Source of the DNA: Methanotrichaceae archaeon
Lineage (GTDB): Archaea > Halobacteriota > Methanosarcinia > Methanotrichales > Methanotrichaceae
Length of the DNA: 64,000 nucleotides
Direction: 5' to 3'
Assembly (NCBI GenBank): GCA_963803145.1
Contig: CAWDLW010000023.1
Span: 128,001-192,000, forward strand
The number at the start of each line of letters is the position of its first letter. Within the stretch, counting starts at the first letter, position 1. The notes below the pieces were generated by a model. It saw only the letters and a list, made by a program, of their open reading frames with translations, made no database searches and was not told the origin of the DNA. Position numbers and translations under genes: made by a program. Positions 29,694 to 40,214 of this stretch are shown here, piece after piece.

Positions 29694-30108
29694 GTTGCAC
29701 CCGCCTCAGTGCTGCCATTATTATGCAATACAGGATTGTTCTATGTCATTTTTACTATTTCATAGAAAAATACCATAGAATGATTTCGGAACACTCGCCT
29801 TAGAAGTACTGCATCTTTGGGATCTGATGGGGGAATGTTCCCTTTGGAGCAGCCCGACGTGGACATCTCCAGTATATATTTAGAGAGCGGAACAGTCCTA
29901 CTCCTTTGCATAGTTTTGCCAATTCTCACGATCTTGAGGGGTTTTGAAGTAAATAGTATACTCTCGGCCCTTGACCTCTTTGGGCGGCATGAGCTCTTTT
30001 TAAGCTTTTTAAGCGGTCTCATCATTTGAGCTTGCCTGCAATCGTAAGGTTAAAATATTATTACGTAACTAACTTCAGGTTATCAATAGTAGAGGTAAAT
30101 AAAAAGCC

Positions 30109-31164
30109 ATGGAAACTCTAATTCATACTTCACCGGATAAGATCACGACACCCGAGGTGGTCATCCCTCCAGAAGGAGAATTTCTGGATGCATACTCGAG
30201 AGCAGTGATCAATGCAGCAGAAAGGGTCAAACCGTCGGTTGTGAACGTTGAGGTTTACCACGGATCTGGCAGCGCCAGGCTCAACCCCCAGATGAACCGC
30301 GGGGCGAAGGGCAGCGGCTCAGGCTTCATATTCACACCGGATGGATTCATACTCACAAACAGCCATGTGGTTCACAGGGCTTCAAAGATAGAAGTGACTC
30401 TGCAGGATGGCAAAAAGCTCCAGGCAAAAGTCATCGGCGATGATCCCTACACAGATCTTGCCGTTATCAAGATCGATGCCTCAGACCTAACACCGGTCCA
30501 GTTCGGAGATTCAAAATCGATAAAGGTTGGCCAGCTGGTAATAGCCATCGGAAACCCATATGGATTCCAGTGCACAATTACGTCAGGAGTTGTGAGCGCT
30601 ATGGGCCGCACTCTCAGAACAGACTCGGGAAGGCTGGTGGATGATGTCATCCAGACAGATGCAGCCCTTAACCCAGGAAATTCTGGTGGCCCACTCATAA
30701 CGTCTCAGGGAAATGTCATCGGCGTGAACACTGCCATAATCTACCCAGCCCAAGGCATCTGCTTTGCCATACCCTCGAGCGTTGCACAATCGATTGCATC
30801 AAGGCTTATCAAGGATGGCAAGATCAGGCGCGGCTATATAGGCGTCGTCGGGCAGGATGTAACTCCTGAGAGCTATGTCGTCAAGACCTTCGGCCTGCAG
30901 TGCGATAAAGGCGTGCTCGTTGTTCGCATCGAGAAGGATGGGCCTGCAGATAAGGCCGGCCTGCTAAACGGCGATGTGATCGTGAGCCTTGATGGCAAGG
31001 CGATTACAAACGTCGATGAGCTTCACAAACATCTCACCGAGGACAAGATAAACACGAGGTCGTTGCTCGATGTGCTGAGAATGTCCGATAAGCTCAGCAT
31101 CGAGGTCATACCTGAGGAGCTGAAAGCTGAAAGCGTCTCAGAGCACCTCATCATCGAGAATTAA
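30109..31164 (+). CDS. htrA: HtrA/DegP-type S1C serine protease with PDZ domain (no signal peptide)
   Basis: TNSHVV, TDLAV, DAALNPGNSGGP, PDZ GPADKAGL. Confidence 0.93.
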   Translation: METLIHTSPDKITTPEVVIPPEGEFLDAYSRAVINAAERVKPSVVNVEVYHGSGSARLNPQMNRGAKGSGSGFIFTPDGFILTNSHVVHRASKIEVTLQDGKKLQAKVIGDDPYTDLAVIKIDASDLTPVQFGDSKSIKVGQLVIAIGNPYGFQCTITSGVVSAMGRTLRTDSGRLVDDVIQTDAALNPGNSGGPLITSQGNVIGVNTAIIYPAQGICFAIPSSVAQSIASRLIKDGKIRRGYIGVVGQDVTPESYVVKTFGLQCDKGVLVVRIEKDGPADKAGLLNGDVIVSLDGKAITNVDELHKHLTEDKINTRSLLDVLRMSDKLSIEVIPEELKAESVSEHLIIEN

Positions 31165-31307
31165 TTAAACATTTAGAGACATTAACCGATAAAATCTAAA
31201 TCGGTCTCCAGTGGGCTCTTACTTCAAAGAGTCCCACTTCATACTATTTTGAAACCAATTTATGAGGAAAATATTTTTGTAAGACGAATCACAAATAATT
31301 GTTGATT

Positions 31308-32024
31308 ATGACTATTATTATCAGAACCCCGGAGAGCATCTACCAGGCATACGGCAATATCGAGAACGGCACCTTCCATGGTCGCTGGCACTTCAGCTTC
31401 GGCGATAATTATGATCCAGAGCATATGAGCTTTGGAACGCTAAGAGTATTCAATGATGATACTCTGTCTCCTGGCGCAATCTGGCCGTTACATCCTCACA
31501 AGGAGATTGAAGTTGTGACCTACTGCGCAGATGGCGAGTTCAGGCACGCTGATAAGCATGGTGTGGGAGGAATCCTGAAAAAAGGATGGGTACAGCATAC
31601 AACAGTCGGCAAAGGGATGTGGCACTCAGAGATCAATAACCGCCCAGATGTTCCAATGAGGTTTATCCAAATGTGGTTCGTGCCATCAGCCAGAGGTCTT
31701 AAGCCGTCTGTAGAGCAGAGGGGGATCGAGAAATCAGAGAGGACAAACAGATTTCTGCCGCTTGTATCGAATGCCCATTCGGGAGCTCTACATATAAACT
31801 CCGATGCGAAAGTTTTCTCATGCTTTCTTCAAGGTGGAAGAGATATCGTCCATTCCATTGAGCCGGAGCATGGGAGTTATCTCTACGTGATCGAGGGCGG
31901 GCCTGCAAAAGTTAGCGACGAAGTTGTTGAAACTTTCGGTGCGGCGATGATCTCTGGCGAGTCGACGATTAATGTTAATGCAGAGAATGATGCCGAGCTC
32001 CTGCTGGTTGAGGTGATGCTTTAG
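31308..32024 (+). CDS. Pirin family protein
   Basis: HFSF..Y.P, LRVFNDD, HPHKEIE, HSEIN, IQMW. Confidence 0.92.
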   Translation: MTIIIRTPESIYQAYGNIENGTFHGRWHFSFGDNYDPEHMSFGTLRVFNDDTLSPGAIWPLHPHKEIEVVTYCADGEFRHADKHGVGGILKKGWVQHTTVGKGMWHSEINNRPDVPMRFIQMWFVPSARGLKPSVEQRGIEKSERTNRFLPLVSNAHSGALHINSDAKVFSCFLQGGRDIVHSIEPEHGSYLYVIEGGPAKVSDEVVETFGAAMISGESTINVNAENDAELLLVEVML

Positions 32025-32276
32025 CAATTATTAGCGCATTCTGAAACTGATCAAAAATTAAACAATGCTAGTATCCAAGCTAAACATAATCACGGTTAGA
32101 TGCGTACAAGAATGCAGTATTTATCGAATAAGGAGTTAAAATACTTAATGAATAATTTTATATGTTATATGTTCTATAAGCTTCTAGGATACCCGAATTA
32201 ACGGAATATTAAACAAACACAGGCGGTTAAGTAATCCTCCAGATGCCTGCGAGTATCCCAACTCCGAGGTGATAAA

Positions 32277-32984
32277 ATGAAAATAGTGCTAATATTCCTG
32301 TACCTCCTGATAGCCCTGATAGCTCCTGGCAGCTCTCAGACTGATCTGAGCACAGCGGCTGTTAAAAATGAAACCGTTCAGATCTCCAGCGGAGGCAAAA
32401 TATACCCCGCATATTTTGCAGCTCCCAATGAGGGCAAATGGCCTGCCGTGGTCCTGATTCACTCATTCAATGGCCTTGAGCCCGGCTACAAAACACTATG
32501 CAATAATTTTGCTTCCCTTGGATTCGCAGTGATAGTTCCTGAGTGGCAGACGTTCAATAAGAGTCCCAGAGATGAAGTGGTCGGACAGCTGATCAAGGAT
32601 TCCATTGCATATCTCAAGACCAGGAATGAAGCCAACTCCAGCTCTCTCGGGCTCACAGGATTTTGCGCAGGCGGAAGGTATACTATGCTCTTCCTGCCCC
32701 AAATGCCGGAATTCAAATCTGGCGTTGCCTGGTACGGCTTCCCTTATTCCGGCGGTTCTAACAATCAATCAAAACCTGCTGACTTCATAGGCCAGCTAAA
32801 GACACCGATACTGATGATCCATGGAACACATGATCAGTCCAGCAAGATTTCGGATATCTACCGCTATGCTACTGATCTAAATGCGTCGGGCAAATACTTC
32901 GAGCTGAAGGTCTACTACGGCGAGCCGCATGGATTTATGGTTCAAAACGGCCAGCTCTCGCAGAGCTTCGGCATGGCCATGTGA
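32277..32984 (+). CDS. Secreted dienelactone hydrolase family protein, C-terminal helix apparently truncated
   Basis: Signal peptide, GFCAGG, HG..D, HGF; ends abruptly at FGMAM. Confidence 0.8.
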   Translation: MKIVLIFLYLLIALIAPGSSQTDLSTAAVKNETVQISSGGKIYPAYFAAPNEGKWPAVVLIHSFNGLEPGYKTLCNNFASLGFAVIVPEWQTFNKSPRDEVVGQLIKDSIAYLKTRNEANSSSLGLTGFCAGGRYTMLFLPQMPEFKSGVAWYGFPYSGGSNNQSKPADFIGQLKTPILMIHGTHDQSSKISDIYRYATDLNASGKYFELKVYYGEPHGFMVQNGQLSQSFGMAM

Positions 32985-33150
32985 TTCCCAAATTTGGTTC
33001 TTCCCTGTTTCAAGTGAAGAAAACTGTCTTCCTAAGCTGTATCCGTTAGCCAAAACTAATCACTCTTAGAGTTTATTGCTCCCTAAGATATTTTTAAATA
33101 TTGGTATAGATTACCAGGTCACTAACTAAAGATCCAGGCGGGGAAAACTC

Positions 33151-34386
33151 TTGGAAAATAATGAGATCTACTTTACAGGCATAGGGTTTATTGCACTGGG
33201 TATTGCTATGATGGTCATTACTCTTCCTGCACTTTCCACCAGCTCTTCTTCACAGGAAGCCCTCATCCCCTCCTTAAATATGACTGTTCCCTTTCCACCA
33301 ATCCCCGCACCAAGCGATGGAGTTGTGAATCTTGCATATGAGCTTGAGACATCGAAGTTTGTGGAAAAGGGATGGACTCTAGTGAAAGCGGAAGTGGTGG
33401 ACAAGGAAACTGGAGAGGTTCTGCTATCTCTGGAGGGAGATGACCTAAAACAGAAATACCACCCTGCTTCGAACCTGACCCCACAGGAACTAAAGGGTCT
33501 GACGCGCAACATAAGCATTCCAAGAATCTCTTTCTGGCTGAGGCTCGATGCAAGTAAAAAAATTCCCCAAGCGCTCCTTCACCGTCTCACCTTCACGTCG
33601 GCTGGTGATGGTGGCAATATATCACCCATAATCCTAACCGGCGGCGAAACCCCTGTGCTCTTTGAGGTAAAGCCGGTGGTCCTGGGACCGCCCCTGAAAG
33701 GCGACGGCTGGCTAGCTATGGAAACCACCCAGGGTTATACCCATCACTTCCTCTCCCAGTTCACGTACAACGGCGTGACCCGCGTACCTGAGCGGTTTGC
33801 CCAGGACTGGCTGCTCTTCAATACCACCATGGGCGACTTCGCATACGGTGATGGAAAGAAGAATGAAGAATGGTATGGGTATGGCAAGGAGATCATCGCC
33901 GTTGCTGATGGAACTGTAGCGAAGGTCCGCGATGGCATCCCTGATAATCCAGTGGTGGGTGTCATGGGATCGGATCTCTCAGGCAACTACCTAGTTCTCG
34001 ATATAGGGAACTCCACCTATGCGGACTATCTTCACTTTATCCCAGGAAGCTTCAAGGTAAAGGAAGGCGAAAGAGTTCACGCCGGGGACACCCTCGGGCT
34101 CCTGGGCAACAGCGGCGGATCCCTGGCCCCACATCTACACTTCCAGGTAACCAATGGACCTGAGATCTTTGACGAAGGGGTCCCATATGTCCTGAGATCC
34201 TTTAATGTATCAGGCCGGTTGCCTTCAGGAGGGTGCAGCTACTATGGCATGGTATTGCCTGATGCTCTTGTAAGGCATTTCATCGAGGGGAACTGCTCCA
34301 ACAGCAGCCCAGAATTATATTCGCAGCCTCGGCACCACGAGAATCAGATAGTAGAGAATTTGGCTTTGATATCTTTCCCTAAGTGA
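33151..34386 (+). CDS. Secreted/anchored M23 metallopeptidase
   Basis: N-terminal TM/signal; RFAQDW, IIAVADGTV, YLH, GNSGGSLAPHLHF. Confidence 0.88.
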   Translation: MENNEIYFTGIGFIALGIAMMVITLPALSTSSSSQEALIPSLNMTVPFPPIPAPSDGVVNLAYELETSKFVEKGWTLVKAEVVDKETGEVLLSLEGDDLKQKYHPASNLTPQELKGLTRNISIPRISFWLRLDASKKIPQALLHRLTFTSAGDGGNISPIILTGGETPVLFEVKPVVLGPPLKGDGWLAMETTQGYTHHFLSQFTYNGVTRVPERFAQDWLLFNTTMGDFAYGDGKKNEEWYGYGKEIIAVADGTVAKVRDGIPDNPVVGVMGSDLSGNYLVLDIGNSTYADYLHFIPGSFKVKEGERVHAGDTLGLLGNSGGSLAPHLHFQVTNGPEIFDEGVPYVLRSFNVSGRLPSGGCSYYGMVLPDALVRHFIEGNCSNSSPELYSQPRHHENQIVENLALISFPK

Positions 34387-34476
34387 TGAGATGAAAAAGA
34401 AAATGGGGGAGGTGTGATATTTTATTGTTTACATCGAGACCTCCTTTTAGCCATCCCCTTTGATATTGATAAAGCC

Positions 34477-35985
34477 CTAGTCTCTCAGCGAATCTCTGTA
34501 AAACTTTCTAAGATCGGATATCAGCTCCTTCCTCGCAGCCTTATCCAGATACGGCATATGGCCAGCCAAATAAGTCTTGATCTGGATATTGGATTCAATC
34601 TCTGGGGGCAGATTCATCTGCTTTATATCGAAGAGGACCCTATCGTAGGGCACTGAAAGATCGAAGAGGCCGGAGATGGTGATGACCTTCAGGTGAGGAT
34701 CATCTCTCATGGCCTGAGCCAGATCGTCGCCCGCGTAGGTGTACTTCCCTTCCTCGTCTCTCATACCCCATTTCCAATCAGGGTTATCAAAACCTTTAGT
34801 GTAGTACTTATCCGTTCTGTAGCCCAGATTTTGGAGCAAGGAATTAAAGGTGGTATCGATTCCCGGCTCTGTCCTTTGAATGAGGGGGTCACCCATGGGG
34901 TCATTACTGATGGGGCCTTTGATGCGGCTATCATACCAACTTAATTGTTGACGATCTTTCTTAAAGAGATCATTTACCATATCTGTGAGATTGAGCTTAA
35001 GGTTGTTGTTTACAATGGTGTCCTCATCAAGGCCAGTGTACTCGACCAGCCTTTTTATGACTCCATCCCTCTTCGACCCTTTAAGATCGTTCCCGGACCA
35101 GAGGGCCTGGAGATATTCACCTGATGCCCAGGATCGAGACTCATTGAGGACTTCATCCAGAGTCATATTCAGCAGCCTTGGACTGGTCTTCTTATAATAC
35201 CAGGTCGTCGCCGCCATGACGGGAAGAGAGGTGACGGACCAGCTGAAGTCGGCAGGATCGCCTTGAAGACTTGACGGGTAATCTATGGCGGGCGAGATGA
35301 GAATGGCTCCCGAGGGATAGATCCCCAGCTTGTGGAGCTTCGAGGCCATGCCCGCTGTTCTGAGACCTCCGTAGCTCTCTCCGCCAATAAAGACCGGGGA
35401 ATCTGTCCTGTTATTCCTCTCCAAGTAGACTCTGACGAACTCGGACATGGAGGCGATATCGCTGTCCACGTTCCAGAACTTGGTGTTCTTAGACCTAGGC
35501 ACAGCTTCGCTGAATCCGGTCCCTACGGGATCCATGAAAACTAGATCGGTGATGTTTAAGAGGGTATCGGGGTTGTCCTCAAGCCGATAAGGAGGTCCCT
35601 GGAGAATAGTGCCGTTGCCCAAGGGCAGGGTCTTGGGACCAAAGCCGATGAGATTTACCATCTGAGATGGAAATCCCGGACCGCCGTTGAAGAAGAAGGA
35701 GATAGGTCGGCGGGAATCGTTCCCTTTCTTGATGTACGCCAGGTAGAATATTCGAGCCGTCATGTTCCCGGCTACATCATAGCAGGGCATAAGGCCTGCA
35801 GTCACGTTGTACTCTATGGTATCTCCCCCCAGAACGATCTCCTGGTGGGCCGTGACCGGCATCTCTGGCAAGGCGGCAGAGGAACTAGCATTGGTATTAT
35901 CAATAGCTGCTCCAGAGCCCACTGCCATCAGGGCAAAGCACATTGTTAACACTGTCCAGAATGGCAAGTTCAAACTCTTTATCAA
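34477..35985 (-). CDS. Secreted S10 serine carboxypeptidase
   Basis: Signal peptide; FNGGPG, DPVGTGFS, GESYGG, AGHMPY. Confidence 0.92.
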   Translation of the reverse strand: MIKSLNLPFWTVLTMCFALMAVGSGAAIDNTNASSSAALPEMPVTAHQEIVLGGDTIEYNVTAGLMPCYDVAGNMTARIFYLAYIKKGNDSRRPISFFFNGGPGFPSQMVNLIGFGPKTLPLGNGTILQGPPYRLEDNPDTLLNITDLVFMDPVGTGFSEAVPRSKNTKFWNVDSDIASMSEFVRVYLERNNRTDSPVFIGGESYGGLRTAGMASKLHKLGIYPSGAILISPAIDYPSSLQGDPADFSWSVTSLPVMAATTWYYKKTSPRLLNMTLDEVLNESRSWASGEYLQALWSGNDLKGSKRDGVIKRLVEYTGLDEDTIVNNNLKLNLTDMVNDLFKKDRQQLSWYDSRIKGPISNDPMGDPLIQRTEPGIDTTFNSLLQNLGYRTDKYYTKGFDNPDWKWGMRDEEGKYTYAGDDLAQAMRDDPHLKVITISGLFDLSVPYDRVLFDIKQMNLPPEIESNIQIKTYLAGHMPYLDKAARKELISDLRKFYRDSLRD

Positions 35986-36235
35986 TTTTTCACCTGATTT
36001 TTGACCCTAATCTTCAATAATGATAAGGATTTCGGCTTGATGAAACAGCAATGATCTAAAGAGTTTTCACTTGACACATGAATACAGAAAGCAAATTTCC
36101 AAGCACGGGTCCTTCTTTAAATATCAGTAGTTTTCACGCCACCTCAGATAGAGCTAAGTATTTATAAATGCTCTATCTATTTACAACAAAAAGATTAATA
36201 AAAAGATATTAAGAATATCTGAGGAGAGAATATTA

Positions 36236-38332
36236 ATGATATTATCGAAGACCCCCAGGGGAAACCTCTTTGAAGCGATATTGACGATAGTACTCTTGAC
36301 GCTGATTTTGCAGCCGATGATGCTGTTAGCGACCGCAGCTGACATAGGTACCTCTGCCACAGGAAATGGAGGATCGAAGGCCGTATGGACTATCAACGAT
36401 ACCTTCAAAGTAGCCGGAATCAGTGCTGTGGATGTATCCCCCGACGGCAAGAGGGTGGCCTATGCCGTGAAGAGGGCGGTTATGACCTCTGATAAAAGCG
36501 AGTTCCAATCCCAGATATATTTAACTGATATCGATGGCAATAACACTATTCAGCTTACCCAAGGGAATTCATCGAACGATAATCCTCAGTGGTCTCCAGA
36601 CGGAAAGATGATAGCCTTCACCTCTACAAGATCCGGGAAGCCTGAGATATGGGCGATACCAGTAGATGGAGGCGAGGCTGTTCAGGTTACTGATGTGGAT
36701 ACCAGCGCAGGTGCGTTCAAGTGGTCTCCGGACGGAAAGAACATAGGCTTCCTGACACAAGATAACCAGACAGAAGAGCAGAAGAGAGCTGCTGCTGAGA
36801 AGGATGATCCCCAGGTTGTAGACAAGGATGTCTACGTCTGGGGCCAGCCCATAGCCATGACCCATCTCTGGCTTGCAGAGAAAAACCCCTCAGGCATATA
36901 CGAAGTGCGCAGGATTACCTCTGGGAACTTCAGCGTCTTCGACTGGGATTGGTCTCCGGATGGCAGGAGCATCGCCTTCTCCTATGGTCCAGGGTCCGCT
37001 TTACAGCAAGAGCTTCAGTCCAACATATCCAAGGTGGACGTGGGAACTGAGAAGGTAGTTCCCCTGGTAAGCACCGAGGCCAATGAATATGGTCCCAGAT
37101 ACTCGCCCGATGGCCGGCAGATCGCCTACTGCACGGCTCCATCTCTATCTCTGATAGATAAGGCGCAGGTCAAATTGATTCCTTCCAGTGGAGGTGAATC
37201 CAAGCCCCTGGCCGACGTGGATAACCTTTACCCAGGCGTCTTCTCACCCATAGGCTGGTCTAAAGATGGACAGGAAATTTACTTCCTTATACCTAAGGGC
37301 ACCAAGCAGGCGATAATTGCCCTGCCGTCCAACGGGAGCAGGCCTAGAGAGCTCTTTGAGGGCGGACAAATAGAGAACGTAAAGCTGAACTACAACAGGA
37401 GCATGCTTGGCTTTGAGATGGATAGCCTACTAGAACCCCCTGATGCCTATGTCTCCAGGACTGATGACATGCGCCCTGTGAAGGTCAGCGATATCAATGA
37501 AGGCCTGCCTATCCAGGGCCTTGGAAAGACTGATGTCATAAGCTGGAACTCCACAGACAGCTGGAAAATAGAAGGCCTCTTGACCTATCCGGCCGGTTAT
37601 CAGCCCGGGAAAAAGTACCCATTGCTGCTTATGATCCACGGAGGACCCACTGGAGCCTTCATACAGAGCTTCATAGGCATCAGCGACTTCCTGCCTAATT
37701 TACCCGTCTACCCTCTGGGCGCTTTCTCCTCTCAGGGATATGCCGTGCTCAGATGCAATCCCAGAGGCTCGACGGACAACGGCACCGTGTTCAGGATGGC
37801 CAACAAGGGCGATTTGGGTGGCATGGATCGCCAGGATATCCTGGCAGGCGTAGACCATGTAGTGGCCATGGGCATAGCTGATCCCGACCGCCTGGGCGTG
37901 ATGGGCTGGAGCTATGGCGGTTACATGACCTCCTTCCTTATCACCCAGACAAACATGTTCAAGGCAGCCTCGGTTGGGGCAGGACCTGTAGACTGGATCA
38001 GCATGATGGGTACATGCGACTCTCCCGATGCCTTCCCTAAGCTCATCGGCGCCCAGTTCTGGAATGACTACAGCCGATACTCATCCATCTCGACCATGTT
38101 CCATATCCAGAACGTCACCACCCCAACCCTCATACAGCACGGGTCTGAGGATGTTACAGTGCCCACATCCCAGGCCAGGGAGCTCTACAGCGCCCTCAAG
38201 GCGAGAGGAGTGACGACCAAGCTGGTCATTTATCCCCGAACTGCACACGTCCCTAATGAGCCCAAGCTGTTCAGAGATATCATGAAGGAAAACCAGGAGT
38301 GGTTCAATAAGTATGTGCCCGTAAACGACTAG
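36236..38332 (+). CDS. Secreted S9 peptidase (acylaminoacyl/dipeptidyl peptidase) with PD40 propeller
   Basis: WSPDG repeats, IHGGP, GWSYGG, HG.ED, H. Confidence 0.93.
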   Translation: MILSKTPRGNLFEAILTIVLLTLILQPMMLLATAADIGTSATGNGGSKAVWTINDTFKVAGISAVDVSPDGKRVAYAVKRAVMTSDKSEFQSQIYLTDIDGNNTIQLTQGNSSNDNPQWSPDGKMIAFTSTRSGKPEIWAIPVDGGEAVQVTDVDTSAGAFKWSPDGKNIGFLTQDNQTEEQKRAAAEKDDPQVVDKDVYVWGQPIAMTHLWLAEKNPSGIYEVRRITSGNFSVFDWDWSPDGRSIAFSYGPGSALQQELQSNISKVDVGTEKVVPLVSTEANEYGPRYSPDGRQIAYCTAPSLSLIDKAQVKLIPSSGGESKPLADVDNLYPGVFSPIGWSKDGQEIYFLIPKGTKQAIIALPSNGSRPRELFEGGQIENVKLNYNRSMLGFEMDSLLEPPDAYVSRTDDMRPVKVSDINEGLPIQGLGKTDVISWNSTDSWKIEGLLTYPAGYQPGKKYPLLLMIHGGPTGAFIQSFIGISDFLPNLPVYPLGAFSSQGYAVLRCNPRGSTDNGTVFRMANKGDLGGMDRQDILAGVDHVVAMGIADPDRLGVMGWSYGGYMTSFLITQTNMFKAASVGAGPVDWISMMGTCDSPDAFPKLIGAQFWNDYSRYSSISTMFHIQNVTTPTLIQHGSEDVTVPTSQARELYSALKARGVTTKLVIYPRTAHVPNEPKLFRDIMKENQEWFNKYVPVND

Positions 38333-38462
38333 GGAAGGGTGCCAGATCCTCTGGCACACCTTTTGATCGTTTTGATATCAAAGGCTATCAAAAGAAATAG
38401 AGTCATTAGAGATAAGATATTGATAAAGGATCACTACCTAGATTATATGAGGAGGGACACTT

Positions 38463-39791
38463 ATAAGATATTGGTCATCCCAAGGACTGGCAATCTGCAC
38501 GATTCTTGCCATGTTAGCGTTGATACCGTCAATGCAAATGCAGCCAGGATCTGCAAGGGACGATTTGAAATCCACCGAGATCCAGACGAATTTAGGAGAT
38601 GCATCATCGCCCAAAGTAAATCTGGATCTGATCTCCACCTTCGAAGGCGGTAGGCTCTACAGAGCAGGAAAGTTCAATGTTTTAGTCTTGAACGGGAACT
38701 ATAGAGAGATGGGACGCCAGTACGGCGGACTTTTGGGGCCTCAAATAGAAGCCACGTACCAAGAATCCTTGAATGTTTCATCAAACACGACTGCCTACCT
38801 AGAGAAGGAGATGGGCATGAAAGATCCAGGAGTATCGCTTCAGAACTTCTCCAATTCCCGTTTTCAGACGTATCCCAAGCGTTTTCAGGAGATGATCTTG
38901 GGCATGTCTGAGACCTCTGGGACGTCTGTAGAGAAGATCTGCACCATAAATGAGTTCTTCGATTACTATCTCTGGAGGATAGCCAATCCAGCGGTATCCA
39001 GTTCTGCAAAATTCAATCCCGACCCTGAGCTCCAGGGCCATTGTTCAGCAATTACCGCATGGGGCAACTATACCGGAGGAGAACCTCTGGTCATGGGCCG
39101 CGACTTCGACTTCCCTCCGGTCTACAAAGATTTAGACAAATACATAGAAGTTATAGTTTTTAATCCATCTGATGGCAGCAACTCTGCGGCTGTAATAGCT
39201 TATGCGGGAATGGTGGGAGCCATACAATCCTTCAACAAAGCTGGCCTGGTTTTGGAAGATAATGATGGATCCACCTCGGGTGATATAAACAGGCCATTGG
39301 ATAGAGGCTCTTTCCTGATCATGGATCTTCAGTACATGTTCGATTGCTCAACATTAGCCGGACTTGATGCAGCCATGAAGAGCAGCCGGACATTTTATCC
39401 TCTGGTGTACAACATAGCAGATCCAAAACAGGCCTACTGCTACGAGACTACCACCTTTGATGTCAAGAGGAGAGGTGGCATTGACGGCTTGCTTGTGGGG
39501 GTAAATCACTTCCTGATCCCGGACTGGAGCAAGGAGGGTATTTTTATAAACAATTCCATGGATTCCCTATCACGGCATCAGAACCTGACCGCCCTTGGCA
39601 ATAAGTATAAAGGAAGGATCAACTCGACAGTCATGCGAGCCATCATGGATACTCCCATTGAGAAGGGAGGAGCCACTCTTAATGATACTATCTACCAGTT
39701 CGTAGCTGAGCCGGAGCTAAGAGAGATCTGGCTGAAGGCATCAGGATTTGAGAACTGGACCGAGGTAGATTTAGGCACTTTATTTAATTAG
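38463..39791 (+). CDS. Secreted C45 family Ntn-hydrolase (autoproteolytic acyltransferase/peptidase)
   Basis: GNYREMGRQYG, nucleophile GHCSA, GRDFDF, NH. A full signal peptide needs an ATA start at 38463; the first ATG is 38511. Confidence 0.85.
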   Translation: MRYWSSQGLAICTILAMLALIPSMQMQPGSARDDLKSTEIQTNLGDASSPKVNLDLISTFEGGRLYRAGKFNVLVLNGNYREMGRQYGGLLGPQIEATYQESLNVSSNTTAYLEKEMGMKDPGVSLQNFSNSRFQTYPKRFQEMILGMSETSGTSVEKICTINEFFDYYLWRIANPAVSSSAKFNPDPELQGHCSAITAWGNYTGGEPLVMGRDFDFPPVYKDLDKYIEVIVFNPSDGSNSAAVIAYAGMVGAIQSFNKAGLVLEDNDGSTSGDINRPLDRGSFLIMDLQYMFDCSTLAGLDAAMKSSRTFYPLVYNIADPKQAYCYETTTFDVKRRGGIDGLLVGVNHFLIPDWSKEGIFINNSMDSLSRHQNLTALGNKYKGRINSTVMRAIMDTPIEKGGATLNDTIYQFVAEPELREIWLKASGFENWTEVDLGTLFN

Positions 39792-39887
39792 ATTGCAATT
39801 AAAGCGCAGGCTGCCAGGCTGCTCTGCGGCATCAGTGCCCCTGGCAGACTTCTCTATTTATCTCCTATGAAAGGATTTTTAAGCGGG

Positions 39888-40214
39888 CTAAAGAAGACAC
39901 ATCAGTGGGTAGTTCTTTTCGGGATCATACCTCAGCCTCGCTCGAACAACCTCACCCTGGTAGTCGATCTCAACCTCTGCATCAATCATCCTGCCCTCAA
40001 GCTCCCCATAGCCAAAGAGATTTCGTTTCAGCATATCTCTGTTAATGCTGACTTTGACGGACTTCACATAGGGCTGGAGTGATATGCTTTTCTGGATAGC
40101 CTGCTCAAGGCTGGAGGCCGTTTCGACGCTTACGGGCGTCCCCACGAACTGATGATATAAAGCGCCGAGCTTGATCCCTGCCTCAAAGGCAGCTATCTCT
40201 CTCTTCGCAGGAAT
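39888..40214 (-). CDS. mptD: Archaeal dihydroneopterin aldolase
   Basis: AAFEAGIKLGALYHQFVGTPVS..YPLM; likely ATT start at 40214. Confidence 0.88.
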   Translation of the reverse strand: MPAKREIAAFEAGIKLGALYHQFVGTPVSVETASSLEQAIQKSISLQPYVKSVKVSINRDMLKRNLFGYGELEGRMIDAEVEIDYQGEVVRARLRYDPEKNYPLMCLL

